Shown here: positions 9,682-19,038 of the stretch, one piece after another
Layout: the number at the start of each line of letters is the position of its first letter
How positions within the stretch are numbered: the stretch's first letter is position 1
DNA from: an uncultured Acidobacteriota bacterium
Lineage (GTDB): Bacteria; Acidobacteriota; JAQAZP01
DNA: 64,000 nt
Direction: 5' to 3'
Assembly (NCBI GenBank): GCA_963836075.1
Contig: CAWIIB010000001.1
Span: 512,001 to 576,000 of the forward strand
Made by a program: the position numbers and the translations under genes
The notes under the pieces: model-generated
Database searches by the model: none
Told to the model about the DNA's origin: nothing
Seen by the model: only the letters and a program-made list of their open reading frames with translations

Positions 9682-9996
9682 ATGCACGACAATCAATCCT
9701 CTGCCGGCAGGACGCTTGAACTGCGCATCTACCGTATGAACTCGCTGGTCAACGGTGTGGTCTTCGGCATCATCTGCGGCACCGCGCTGTTTTTGATGAC
9801 CGCGTGGCTGCTGCTCAAGGGAGGCGAGGTGGTGGGCCCGCACCTGTCCCTGCTGGGCCAGTATCTGCCTGGTTACGCCGTCAGCTGGGCCGGCAGCCTG
9901 CTGGGCCTCTTTTACGGGCTGCTGCTGGGGTTCATCATCGGCTTCGGCGCGTCCTGGCTCTACAACCTGATCTGCCGGCTGCGCCGGGGAGAATGA
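9682..9996 (+). CDS. Small membrane protein homologous to the C-terminal domain of the upstream oxidoreductase
   Basis: LSLLGQYLPGYAVSWAGSLLGLFYGLLLGFIIG versus LNLLSQYLPGFNVSAFGSLLGLFYGAVAGFVLG upstream; ggaggg RBS. Confidence 0.75.
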   Translation: MHDNQSSAGRTLELRIYRMNSLVNGVVFGIICGTALFLMTAWLLLKGGEVVGPHLSLLGQYLPGYAVSWAGSLLGLFYGLLLGFIIGFGASWLYNLICRLRRGE

Positions 9997-10020
9997 CCGC
10001 CGGACAGGAACCGGAACACC

Positions 10021-10476
10021 ATGGACCGCAAAGCAAACCACAACCTGCCGGCCGGACGCCTGATGGGCCTCGATTACGGCGCAGCGCGCATCGGCGTGGC
10101 GCTCACCGACGAGCAGTGCCTGGTGGCCATGCCGCTGCTCACCATCGAAAGGATGAACCGCCGTCACGACCTGGACCGCATCCGCGAGCTGGTGGCCGAG
10201 CACCAGGTGGCCGCTCTGGTGGTGGGTGTCCCCTACCAGCTGGACGGCAGCACGGACCAGCAGGCCGAGCGGGCGCTGAACTTCGCCCGCCGCCTGGAGC
10301 GCCGCCTGGAGGGCGTGCCGGTGATCACCTGGGACGAACGGTTGACCACCAGGCAGGCCGAACGGGCCCTGCTGGAGGGCGGCGTGTCGCGCAAGGGCCG
10401 GCGTGTCGTGGTGGACCAGTTGGCCGCCACCCTTATTCTCAACAGTTATCTCGAAGCCAGGCAGAGCCATGACTGA
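10021..10476 (+). CDS. ruvX: RuvX/YqgF pre-16S rRNA nuclease
   Basis: GLDYGAARIGVA, VVGVP, WDERLTT, VDQLAATLIL. Confidence 0.93.
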   Translation: MDRKANHNLPAGRLMGLDYGAARIGVALTDEQCLVAMPLLTIERMNRRHDLDRIRELVAEHQVAALVVGVPYQLDGSTDQQAERALNFARRLERRLEGVPVITWDERLTTRQAERALLEGGVSRKGRRVVVDQLAATLILNSYLEARQSHD

Positions 10477-11530
10477 TCCTTCGCCAGCTGACCGACCCCG
10501 CTCACGAAAAATGCTGCGCCATGTTGCGAACCTGCTGCTGCTGCTCCTGGTTGCCCTGGCCCTGACCTGGGCCTGGAACGACTTCAACGGCAAGAGGATG
10601 ATCAGCGCCCCCGGTGCGGAGGCCGTGGAGGTGACCATCCGGCCCGGCTCCTCGGCGGGGGCCATCGCCTCCACACTGCAGCGCCACGGCGTTCTGTCCC
10701 GCCCCTTCTGGTTCCGTCTGCTGGTGGAAGTGAAGGGCGTACAAGGACAGTTGAAGGCCGGCACCTACCACTTCCAGGGCGAAATGAGCTGCGCCGAGGT
10801 GCTGCAGGCCCTGCTGGCCGGCCCTCCATCAACCGACCGGCAGGTGACCATCCCCGAAGGCCTCACCGTCCGGGAGACCATCCACCGCCTCGCCCAAGCC
10901 GGTCTCGGAAGCACGGAGGGGTTCGAGCAGGCGATCCTTGAAGTGATGCCACTGGTTCATGGGTTTGATCCGGCTTCCGAAGATGCCGAGGGCTACCTCT
11001 TCCCCGACACCTACCGCTTTGCCGAAACCTGGACCGAACGCCTGATCATCCGCACCATGGTCTACCGCTTCCTGGACAGCGCAACGCGCACCGTGGGGCA
11101 AACACCCGGCGGGCCGGACCTGCGGCGGGCAGTGACCCTGGCCTCGCTGGTGGAAAAGGAGACCGGGGTGGACACCGAGCGGGCCCTGGTGGCCGGTGTC
11201 TTTGCCAACCGGCTGCGGCTGGGCATGCGGCTGCAGTGCGACCCCACGGTGATCTACGCCCTGCGCCGTGAGGGGCGCAGGGTCCCCCGGCTGCTCCGCT
11301 CGGACCTGGAATTCGACTCGCCCTGGAACACCTACCGCTACGCCGGCCTGCCGCCGGGCCCTATCTGCTGCCCTGGAAAGGCCGCCCTGCAGGCCGCCTG
11401 CCGGCCCGCCACCACCCGCTACCTCTACTTCGTGGCCAACGGACGGGGCGGACACAGCTTCTCGGCCACCATCGCCGAACACAACCGGGCCGTGGCCCGC
11501 TACCGCGCCTGGCAGCGGCAGAACAGCTAA
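10469..11530 (+). CDS. mltG: Endolytic transglycosylase MltG
   Basis: N-terminal TM helix, LKAGTY, VTIPEG, EGYLFPDTY, LASLVEKET, LQCDPTV, SPWNTY..GLPPGPI, YLYFVA. Confidence 0.95.
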   Translation: MTDPSPADRPRSRKMLRHVANLLLLLLVALALTWAWNDFNGKRMISAPGAEAVEVTIRPGSSAGAIASTLQRHGVLSRPFWFRLLVEVKGVQGQLKAGTYHFQGEMSCAEVLQALLAGPPSTDRQVTIPEGLTVRETIHRLAQAGLGSTEGFEQAILEVMPLVHGFDPASEDAEGYLFPDTYRFAETWTERLIIRTMVYRFLDSATRTVGQTPGGPDLRRAVTLASLVEKETGVDTERALVAGVFANRLRLGMRLQCDPTVIYALRREGRRVPRLLRSDLEFDSPWNTYRYAGLPPGPICCPGKAALQAACRPATTRYLYFVANGRGGHSFSATIAEHNRAVARYRAWQRQNS

Positions 11531-11533
11531 AAA

Positions 11534-11701
11534 TGGGGACAGTTACCTTTATCCGTAAGGCATTTAAATTGTTTAGGATTGGATTATTGGGGACAGCTGC
11601 CCGGCTAACTGATTCATTCATCATTCAGAAACAGGCAGCTGTCCCGGTAAATTTTATTGTCTTTATTTAAGGTGCCTTACGGATAGAGGTAACTGTCCCC
11701 A
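11534..11701. repeat. Nested inverted-repeat element (REPIN/MITE-like) built from four GGGACAGYTRCC units
   Basis: Outer arms tggggacagttacctttatccgtaaggca (11534-11562) and tgccttacggatagaggtaactgtcccca (11673-11701) are reverse complements with one mismatch. The inner pair is gggacagctgcc (about 11590) and ggcagctgtccc (about 11634). The interior is AT-rich. Confidence 0.8.
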
Positions 11702-11710
11702 ATCCTTTTC

Positions 11711-11739
11711 TTGACATGGGGGGGAAGTGTTTATACTAT
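11711..11739 (+). promoter_or_regulatory. sigma70-type promoter for the ribBA operon
   Basis: TTGACA (11711-16), 17 nt, TACTAT (11734-39). Confidence 0.6.
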
Positions 11740-11838
11740 CTCTCTCTTCTATAATGGTTTGACTCGTTTGCTGATCATTTGCCATTTTGCCGGTGGTTAC
11801 GGGACGGGTACTGGGAAACAACGGGACAGCACCGACCG

Positions 11839-13050
11839 ATGAAGGACAACGTTTTTGCTTCCATTGAAGAAGCCATCCAGGATATCCGCGACGGAAAGAT
11901 GGTCATCGTCTGCGATGACGAAAACCGTGAAAACGAGGGAGATCTGACCCTCGCCGCGGAAAAGGTAACTCCGGAAGCGATCAACTTCATGGTCAAGCAC
12001 GGGCGCGGGCTGGTCTGCCTGCCGATGACCGAGGAGCGCTGTGACGAGCTCGACCTGCCGCTGATGGTCCACGACAACACCAGCCGCTTCGAGACCGCCT
12101 TCTGCGTCTCCATCGAAGCGCGGCACAAGGTCTCCACCGGCATCTCGGCTGCCGACCGCTCGGCCACCGTGCTCACGGCCATCAACCAGGACACCAAACC
12201 CTCCGACCTCGCCCGGCCGGGACACATGTTCCCGCTGCGGGCCAAGTCCGGCGGCGTGCTCCAGCGCACCGGCCAGACCGAGGCCGCGGTGGACCTGGCC
12301 CGCATGGCCGGGCTCTACCCCGCCGGCGTGATCTGCGAGATCATGAACGAGGACGGCACCATGGCCCGGGTGCCCCAGCTCGACGTTTTCGCCCGGGAAC
12401 ACGGGCTGAAGATAATCACCGTGGCCGACCTGATCACCTACCGCCTGCAGCACGAATCGTTCATCCGCAAGGTGGCCGAGCCCAAACTTCCCACGCCGGT
12501 TGGCGACTTCAAGATCATCGCCTACGAGAGCGTGATCGACGGCGTCTACCACGTGGCACTGACCATGGGCGACATCCTTGCCGAAGAGCCGATCCTGGTG
12601 CGGGTGCACTCCCGTTGCCTCACCGGTGACGTCTTCGGCTCGCTGCGCTGCGACTGCGGCGACCAGCTGGAAACCGCCCTGGCCAAGATCGCCAAGGAAA
12701 AGCGCGGGGTCTTCCTCTACATGAACCAGGAGGGCCGCGGCATCGGCCTGCTGAACAAGCTCAAGGCCTACGAACTGCAGGACGGGGGCAAGGACACGGT
12801 GGAGGCCAACGAGTGCCTGGGATTCAAAGCCGACCAGCGGGACTACGGCATCGGCGCCCAGATCCTGCGCAAGCTGGGCCTGGGCAAGATCCGGCTGCTG
12901 ACCAACAACCCCCGGAAGTATATCGGGCTGGCCGGCTATGGCCTGGAGATCGTCGAGCGGGTACCCATCGAGATTCCGCCGTGCAGTGACAACGAAAAGT
13001 ACCTGCGGACCAAGAAAGAAAAGCTCGGTCACCTGCTCAAATCGGTGTAA
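11839..13050 (+). CDS. ribBA: Bifunctional DHBP synthase / GTP cyclohydrolase II
   Basis: [73 protein letters not shown]. Confidence 0.97.
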   Translation: MKDNVFASIEEAIQDIRDGKMVIVCDDENRENEGDLTLAAEKVTPEAINFMVKHGRGLVCLPMTEERCDELDLPLMVHDNTSRFETAFCVSIEARHKVSTGISAADRSATVLTAINQDTKPSDLARPGHMFPLRAKSGGVLQRTGQTEAAVDLARMAGLYPAGVICEIMNEDGTMARVPQLDVFAREHGLKIITVADLITYRLQHESFIRKVAEPKLPTPVGDFKIIAYESVIDGVYHVALTMGDILAEEPILVRVHSRCLTGDVFGSLRCDCGDQLETALAKIAKEKRGVFLYMNQEGRGIGLLNKLKAYELQDGGKDTVEANECLGFKADQRDYGIGAQILRKLGLGKIRLLTNNPRKYIGLAGYGLEIVERVPIEIPPCSDNEKYLRTKKEKLGHLLKSV

Positions 13051-13092
13051 GCACCGAACCGGACCGGGCCGGCCTCAACCCAAGCGACTGCC

Positions 13093-13407
13093 ATGACCTC
13101 AGTTCCGGAGACCAGCCAGTCGATCGGTCCGTTCATCGAAGCGCCCTCTGCTTCGCTCCCTCCGAATCTCCGGCACATCGAGCCGATCATCTACGCCGAC
13201 ATCTTCGACTACCCCCTCACGCTGGAGGAGATCGTCGAGCTGCGGCAGCGACGCAAACAGAGCAGCCTGGAGATCTGGAAACGGGCCCGCCAGGGCCGGG
13301 AGCTGCGCTTCCACGGCCTGCACCACCGCAGGCTGATCCGTAAAGCCCTCGAGCGGCGGGTCGACCGGCTGAGCAGCCTGCTCTCCGTGCAGAGGGCCAC
13401 CGGATGA
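13093..13407 (+). pseudogene. Short ORF that looks like an internally deleted remnant of a YxDIFDYPLT-family nucleotidyltransferase-like gene
   Basis: Contains YADIFDYPLTLEEI joined directly to VELRQRRKQSSLEIWKRAR and then ELRFHGLHHRRLIRKALERRV. From memory these resemble the start, middle and end of a longer family, with the catalytic core missing. Stop overlaps the next ATG. Confidence 0.4.
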
Positions 13408-14225
13408 ACCGTTGCCCCACTGCCGGCGGATTCGACGCTCTGGCCCCGGGGTATGACGACGACTTCGGAGCCAACCCGGTGGGCCACTGGATGCGCCGGC
13501 GCACCTGGGAGCGGATGGACGCCTCTTTCCCGCCCTGCTCGTCAATCCTCGAGATCGGCTGCGGCACCGGCATCGACCTGGTGCGCCTGGCCGGTCAGGG
13601 GCACCGGGTCACCGCCGTGGACATCTCCCCGGCCATGGCGGCCGCGGCCAGGAAAAAAGCCGCCGAACACGGGCTTGAGGAGCGGGTCACCGTTCTCTGC
13701 GCCGACCTGAACTCCGGCCCCCTGCCCGAGGAACTGGACCAGGCCGGGCCGCACGACGGTCTGCTGTCCAATTTCGGCGCCCTGAACTGCGTGGAGGATC
13801 TGCCGTCCCTCTCCGCCCGCCTGCACCGCCTGGTCAAACCGGGGGCACCGTTCCTGGCCTGCCTGATGACCCGCCCCTGCCCCTGGGAAATGCTCTGGTT
13901 TCTGCTGCGGCTGCAGCCCGGCGAGGCCTTCCGGCGCTACCGGCGCGGAGGAGTGGAGGTCACCCTGGGCCAGTATGCGGTGCCAACGTTCTACCACAGC
14001 GCCGGCGGGTACGGACGGGTCTTCTCCGGGCAATTCCAGGTCCACCGCTTTCTGGGCCTGGGCGTGGTGCTGCCCCCGCCCTACCTGCAGGGCCTGGCCC
14101 ACCGCTTTCCGCGGCTGTTCCGCCTTGCCGCCCGCACCGAGACCAAGCTGGCCGGCCACTGGCCCTTCTCCCGGGCCGGCGACCACACCCTGCTGGAGAT
14201 GACCGCACTGGGGGCGGGGCCATGA
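13404..14225 (+). CDS. Class I SAM-dependent methyltransferase
   Basis: FDALAPGYD, ILEIGCGTGID, VDISPAM, LSNFGALNC. Confidence 0.88.
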   Translation: MNRCPTAGGFDALAPGYDDDFGANPVGHWMRRRTWERMDASFPPCSSILEIGCGTGIDLVRLAGQGHRVTAVDISPAMAAAARKKAAEHGLEERVTVLCADLNSGPLPEELDQAGPHDGLLSNFGALNCVEDLPSLSARLHRLVKPGAPFLACLMTRPCPWEMLWFLLRLQPGEAFRRYRRGGVEVTLGQYAVPTFYHSAGGYGRVFSGQFQVHRFLGLGVVLPPPYLQGLAHRFPRLFRLAARTETKLAGHWPFSRAGDHTLLEMTALGAGP

Positions 14226-15439
14226 CCCGCGCCCGCCCTCAAACCTGGCACGGTGGGATGATCCTGCTTCCCGGCGGGCCGGCCAGGGCACACCTGGTGC
14301 TCCGCCGGGGACGGATCCGCAAGATCGTTCCCGGCAACAGGCCGGCCCCCGGCAGCAGGAACGAGTTCGGCATGGCCGAATTCCTTGTCCTCCCGGGCCT
14401 GATCAATGCCCACGACCACCTCGATTTCAACTGCTTCCCGCCCTGCGGACCTCGCCGGCCTTACCGCAACGCCGTCCAGTGGTACGAGGACGTGCGCTCC
14501 GCCGACTATGCCGCCACCCGGCGCGCGGTGCGGTCCCTGCCCCGCAAACTGCGCCTGCTGGCCGGGGGATTCAGGAACCTGCTCTCCGGGGTCACCACCG
14601 CGGCACACCACAACCCGCCGGTCCGTTACCTGCACCGCCGCCGGTTTCCGGTGCACGTGCCGCGCGGTATCGGCTACTGTCACTCCCTGGCCACTGACCC
14701 GCGTCCCACTGACTCTTTGCCCCGTGACCGTGGCCGGCCCTGGGTGATCCATGCCGCCGAAGGCACTGATCGGGCAGCCGCCGCCGAAGTGGCGCGGTTG
14801 CAGGAACTGGGCTGCCTGAGGCCCGGATCGGTGCTGGTGCACTGCCTGGGCATCGATCGGGCAACCGATCCGGAGATTCTCTCCGCCAGCGGGGCCGGCA
14901 TGATCTGGTGTCCGGGGTCCAATGATTTTCTCTACCAGGCCGTCGCGCCGGTGCGGCAACTGCTGCCGCAGACCACGGTGGCGCTGGGCACCGACTCCGC
15001 CATCAGCGGAGGCGGCACCATGCTGGACGAGCTGCGGGCGGCACGGAAAGCCGAACCCGGCCTGGCGCTGCGCATGCTGCTGGAGATGGCCACCATGGCC
15101 GGCGCCCGGCTGTTTCAGCTGGCCCCGGGCCGGGGTGAGATCACGGCTGGCTCCGTGGCCGACCTCGTGCTCTTCCGGCTGCCCGCGGACCCCGGCGCCG
15201 ACCCGCTGCTGGCGCCCTTCGAAGCGGTGCGGCCCTCGCTGGTGGTGCGGGACGGTATCCCCCTGGTGGGCGACGCTTCATTCCACCTGCTGATGGATGT
15301 CCTGGGCCTGTCGCCGGTGGAGTTCGAGCTGGACGGCGCACCCATGGTCATGCCCCGGCGGCTCCACCGGCGCTTTGCCAGGGTGGTCAAGGGCACCACC
15401 GGGCGGCCTCCGTTTTTCGATGCGGTGCGGATCCGTTGA
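14222..15439 (+). CDS. Amidohydrolase-family (metal-dependent deaminase-like) protein
   Basis: PGLINAHDH (HxH), GVTT, IHAAEG, LVHC, WCPGSN, ALGTDS, GSVADLVL. Confidence 0.85.
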   Translation: MTRARPQTWHGGMILLPGGPARAHLVLRRGRIRKIVPGNRPAPGSRNEFGMAEFLVLPGLINAHDHLDFNCFPPCGPRRPYRNAVQWYEDVRSADYAATRRAVRSLPRKLRLLAGGFRNLLSGVTTAAHHNPPVRYLHRRRFPVHVPRGIGYCHSLATDPRPTDSLPRDRGRPWVIHAAEGTDRAAAAEVARLQELGCLRPGSVLVHCLGIDRATDPEILSASGAGMIWCPGSNDFLYQAVAPVRQLLPQTTVALGTDSAISGGGTMLDELRAARKAEPGLALRMLLEMATMAGARLFQLAPGRGEITAGSVADLVLFRLPADPGADPLLAPFEAVRPSLVVRDGIPLVGDASFHLLMDVLGLSPVEFELDGAPMVMPRRLHRRFARVVKGTTGRPPFFDAVRIR

Positions 15440-15512
15440 CACCCCGGCCGCGCCCTTCCCTGTAATATTGAACCCGGCGGCCGGCGCCGGCAAGCCAAGG
15501 AGTTTCCAGGCC

Positions 15513-16511
15513 GTGCCACAGACAGACCCGCAAATCTCGGTGGTCATCCCGGCCCACAACGCCTCCCATACCATCGTCCGGGTGCTGGAGGCCCTGCTGG
15601 CCAGCGTGGACGTTGCGCCGGAGGTAGTGGTGGTGGACGACGGCTCCACCGACCAAACAGCCGCCCTGGTGGAGCGTTTCCCGGTGACCCTGATCCTCCG
15701 CACCGTCTGCGGCGGTCCCGCGGCAGCCCGCAACCAGGGGGTGGCCGCTGCCGCGGGACACGTCGTGGTTTTCATCGACGCCGACGTGGAGGTGGGCTCC
15801 CACACGCTGGCCCGGATCAAGAGCTACATGGCTGAGCACCAGGAGGTGGACGCCATCTTCGGCTCCTACGACAGGTCCCCGGCGGGCCGGAGATTTATCT
15901 CGCGCTACCGCAACCTGATGCACCACTTTGTCCACCAGCGGGGCAGTGTGGACGCCGGGACCTTCTGGTGCGGCTGCGGCGCGGTGCGCCGGGAGGTCTA
16001 CCTCGAACTGGGCGGCCTGCGGGAGGACTTTGCCCGGCCCTCCATCGAGGACATCGAGTTCGGGGCCCGTTTGGACGCGGCGGGCCACACGATCCACCTG
16101 GTGAAGGAGATCCAGGTCAAGCACCTCAAGCAGTGGTCTCTTTGGCAGATGATCCGCACCGATTTCCGCGACCGCGCCATCCCGTGGACCCTGCTGTTAC
16201 TCAGCGGGAAATGCCGCCGGTGGGACCTCAACCTCCAGCTGCGGCACCGGGCGAGCGCCGCGGCCACCTTTGGCGGGCTGGCCTCGCTGGTGCTGGCCCT
16301 GGCGGTCCACCCGCTCTTCCTGCTGCCGCTCATGGCCTGCGCCCTGGTCTTCCACCTGGTGAACCGGGACCTTCTCCGCTTTTTCGTGCAGAGCGAGGGT
16401 CTGGGCTTCGCCCTGCTGACCCTGCCCTTCCTGCTGCTCTTCTATGTCTATTCCAGCCTGGCCTTCGGCACCGCTCTCCTGCTCCACCTCTTCGGCAAAC
16501 GTCTCGGGTGA
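15513..16511 (+). CDS. GT2 glycosyltransferase with C-terminal TM helices
   Basis: ISVVIPAHNA, VVDDGSTD, GPAAARNQG, FIDAD, SIEDIEFG; GTG start after an aaggag RBS. Confidence 0.88.
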   Translation: MPQTDPQISVVIPAHNASHTIVRVLEALLASVDVAPEVVVVDDGSTDQTAALVERFPVTLILRTVCGGPAAARNQGVAAAAGHVVVFIDADVEVGSHTLARIKSYMAEHQEVDAIFGSYDRSPAGRRFISRYRNLMHHFVHQRGSVDAGTFWCGCGAVRREVYLELGGLREDFARPSIEDIEFGARLDAAGHTIHLVKEIQVKHLKQWSLWQMIRTDFRDRAIPWTLLLLSGKCRRWDLNLQLRHRASAAATFGGLASLVLALAVHPLFLLPLMACALVFHLVNRDLLRFFVQSEGLGFALLTLPFLLLFYVYSSLAFGTALLLHLFGKRLG

Positions 16512-16522
16512 CGGAGGTCCGC

Positions 16523-18811
16523 ATGCCGCTCACATCCCTGCTGCTGGTCCCGCTCTTTTGTCTCCTGCCCGGACTGGCCTTTCTTGTCCTCACCGGCCCC
16601 GCTTCGGCTCACAGTTCCACCGGGAGCCGGGACCGCTACGCCGGTCCGGCCGACTTGCTCTTCCTCTCGGTGGCGCTCAGTGGCTGGATGGCCCAGACCC
16701 TGGCCCTGGCCGGCTGGTTCACCCTGCCGGCACTGGCGCTCACGGTCACCATGCTGAGCCTGGCCGCCCTCTGCGCACACCGGGGGATCCGGTCCGGCTT
16801 TGTGCAGGCTCGCCGGTTGGCGTTGTCCGCTGTCCGGCCCCGGCCGGCGGCACTGGCGGCGGGGCTGTGCGTTCTTCTGCTGGCCGTGTTGCTCTACCAT
16901 CCGCCGGGGGTGGCCCAGCTGGACGGCCACCCCGCTCCGGCCATCAGCAGCCTGGGCATCCACCTGGCCCGCACCGGGGCTCTGCCCCGGCTGGCCCCCG
17001 GGAGCGGCCTGGACGGCGCCGCGGAGGCCATGCGTGCCGCAGCCGGTCCCGGCCTGCTCTTCCCGGCCTGGACCGGCCTGCTGCAGTTGCTGGGCGGCTC
17101 AGCCTGGTCGGCTGCCGCACCCGCCATCTTTGCCGCCCTGTCTCTGGCCGTGATCTTCGGTCTTGGCCGGCACGCCACAGGCAGTGCCTGGTTCGGCGCC
17201 CTCTTGCTGCTGGCCCTGGGCCTCAACTACCCCCAGGCCTGGCTGGCCCGGGTCAGCGTGCCCGAGTCGGCTGCCCAGTTTCTGGTGCTGGCCTCGGCCC
17301 GGTTCTATCTTCGTTCCCGGGACGGGCTCCCAGGAGTGGGGGCCGCGGCGGTCTGTCTGGGCGCCGCCCTGCTCTGCGCTCCCGCCCTGCTCTGGTTCAC
17401 CCCCCCCGCCCTGCTTTTGCTGCTGGCCCTGCACACCGCCGGATCGCCCGCCCGGCGGCGCCGGGCCGTGCTGTTCAGCCTGGGGGTCCTGCCCTTCCTG
17501 GCCCAGGGCTGGCTCCAGGCGCTCCTTCCGGGGATCGGCCATGCCGTGCTGCCGGCGCTGCCCGGCGGTTCGGCCCACTGGATGGTCTGGTACCTGACCC
17601 TGCCCTTTCTGGTGCTGCTGGCCTGCGGTCTGCTGCTGATGCTGGTCCGGCCGGCATGGTCGCTGCGGCTGGTCGGCGACCTCGGGCCGCTGATCCCGCT
17701 GGCCCTGGTCAGCCTGCCCGTCCTGCTCCGCTCCCCGGGCAGCGACGCGGTCCAGCCGTGGGCCGCTCGGCCGTTCACCGTGGCACTGATCCCATCCTCC
17801 CTTTTCGTGGGACTTTTCTTCTTTCACCGCACGTTGCAGTGGCTGCGCCACCCCGCGCTCCGTCTGATCTGGTGCTCCTTCCTCGCCGTTATGCTGGGCC
17901 TCAACCTGGCCAACCTACTGCCCATGGCCACCGGCCGGCCCGGGCAGGGGGCCGTCTCCCTGGTGTGGGAAACCGCCCGGCCCCTGGCCCACCAGGGCCG
18001 GCCGTTCACCGCCGTGGTGGAGGCCGGTCTCGGCAGGCAGGGTCTGCACAGCGCACTGACCGGTCTGCACGGCATCCGCTCCTTCTCCCTTGGCGGCCAC
18101 CACCCGGACCGCGAGCGGTTCCACGCCCTGGTGCGCGAAAATGCCGCGACCGGCCGCCGCACCGCCCTGGTGATCGAAAATGGGCTCTTCACCCCGGATC
18201 CCGCCGGGGTGACCCTGCGCCCGCTGGCCACCGCCGAAGGAACGCTGGTCCAGCTCCCCCCGCTCACCGACCACCTCCCCTCTTCGGTGGTCACCCGGCT
18301 CCGGCGGCTGCAGATCTTCGAGGCGTTGCCCGCCGCCCCCCAACAGCCAACACACCGCGCTCCCCTGACCGTGTGCTGTGGGGTCTACCAGGAGGACTGG
18401 CCCTGGCTGGACAGTGGTTTCCACGGGATATCCAGCGCCGGCGGCCGGCCCCATCGCTGGACCGCGAGCCTGGCCCGGCTCCGGGTGCCGTCCTGGGCTG
18501 CAGCTGTGGAACTGACCCTGGGCGGTTTCCGTCCTCCCGGCGCCCCTGATGCGTTTGTTTCGGCCGGTTTTGCCGGCCACCCCCCCACGGTGAACCGACA
18601 GCTGCCCCGGGTCGGCTTTGTCACGTTCCGCGTCTCCCGTCCTGTTACCGGCCGCGGCTCTCTTTCGTCCTTCCTTGAGCTTCACAGCACCGTTTTTGAC
18701 CCGCAATCCTGGTTCACCGAACTGGACGGAGATCAGCTGGGCCTGCAACTGGCCTCCATGACCTATTTCCCCGCGGACCGGTCCCCCCCGGTTCCCCCTG
18801 CCGTTCAATGA
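16523..18811 (+). CDS. Large polytopic membrane protein, GT-C (PMT/ArnT-like) glycosyltransferase candidate with a periplasmic C-terminal domain
   Basis: More than 10 hydrophobic segments, a LNYPQAWLARVSVPESAAQF loop and a soluble C-terminal GFH..RWT domain; ggagg RBS before ATG 16523. Confidence 0.5.
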   Translation: MPLTSLLLVPLFCLLPGLAFLVLTGPASAHSSTGSRDRYAGPADLLFLSVALSGWMAQTLALAGWFTLPALALTVTMLSLAALCAHRGIRSGFVQARRLALSAVRPRPAALAAGLCVLLLAVLLYHPPGVAQLDGHPAPAISSLGIHLARTGALPRLAPGSGLDGAAEAMRAAAGPGLLFPAWTGLLQLLGGSAWSAAAPAIFAALSLAVIFGLGRHATGSAWFGALLLLALGLNYPQAWLARVSVPESAAQFLVLASARFYLRSRDGLPGVGAAAVCLGAALLCAPALLWFTPPALLLLLALHTAGSPARRRRAVLFSLGVLPFLAQGWLQALLPGIGHAVLPALPGGSAHWMVWYLTLPFLVLLACGLLLMLVRPAWSLRLVGDLGPLIPLALVSLPVLLRSPGSDAVQPWAARPFTVALIPSSLFVGLFFFHRTLQWLRHPALRLIWCSFLAVMLGLNLANLLPMATGRPGQGAVSLVWETARPLAHQGRPFTAVVEAGLGRQGLHSALTGLHGIRSFSLGGHHPDRERFHALVRENAATGRRTALVIENGLFTPDPAGVTLRPLATAEGTLVQLPPLTDHLPSSVVTRLRRLQIFEALPAAPQQPTHRAPLTVCCGVYQEDWPWLDSGFHGISSAGGRPHRWTASLARLRVPSWAAAVELTLGGFRPPGAPDAFVSAGFAGHPPTVNRQLPRVGFVTFRVSRPVTGRGSLSSFLELHSTVFDPQSWFTELDGDQLGLQLASMTYFPADRSPPVPPAVQ

Positions 18812-18851
18812 GAATTTGGCGTGGCGGCCTGTCCTGCCGGGCTTGATTCCA

Positions 18852-18879
18852 TTGACAACCAGTTGGTGGTTGTGATAAT
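18852..18879 (+). promoter_or_regulatory. sigma70-type promoter of the cytochrome operon with an overlapping inverted repeat
   Basis: TTGACA (18852-57), 16 nt, GATAAT (18874-79); ACAACC-N7-GGTTGT (18855-18873) overlaps the -35 box and spacer. Confidence 0.55.
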
Positions 18880-19038
18880 TCTAACCGTGAAAAATAAAAG
18901 GCTTATCGGTTTGAGCCGACCCCCGGGATCAACAACTTGTTGATTCCTCGGCCGGGCCGGCAGGAGCGGACCGAAATTACGGGCGCACCAGGGAGCGTCG
19001 ACCACCTGAATCATAATTCCATCAAGGAGACCCGTGCG

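Noticed and set aside
11534-11701. CRISPR array or complete IS element
   Set aside because: The repeats are inverted, few and irregularly spaced; no cas or transposase gene lies in the window and no clear target-site duplication is visible.
11740-11838. FMN riboswitch upstream of ribBA
   Set aside because: The leader is only about 95 nt and I could not find the conserved RFN segments (AGGGCGGGG.GAAATTCCC.ACCGGCGGT...).
15968-16522. 947-aa version of the membrane protein
   Set aside because: The first 185 codons overlap the GT2 gene in another frame and are low-complexity; ATG 16523 has a ggagg RBS.
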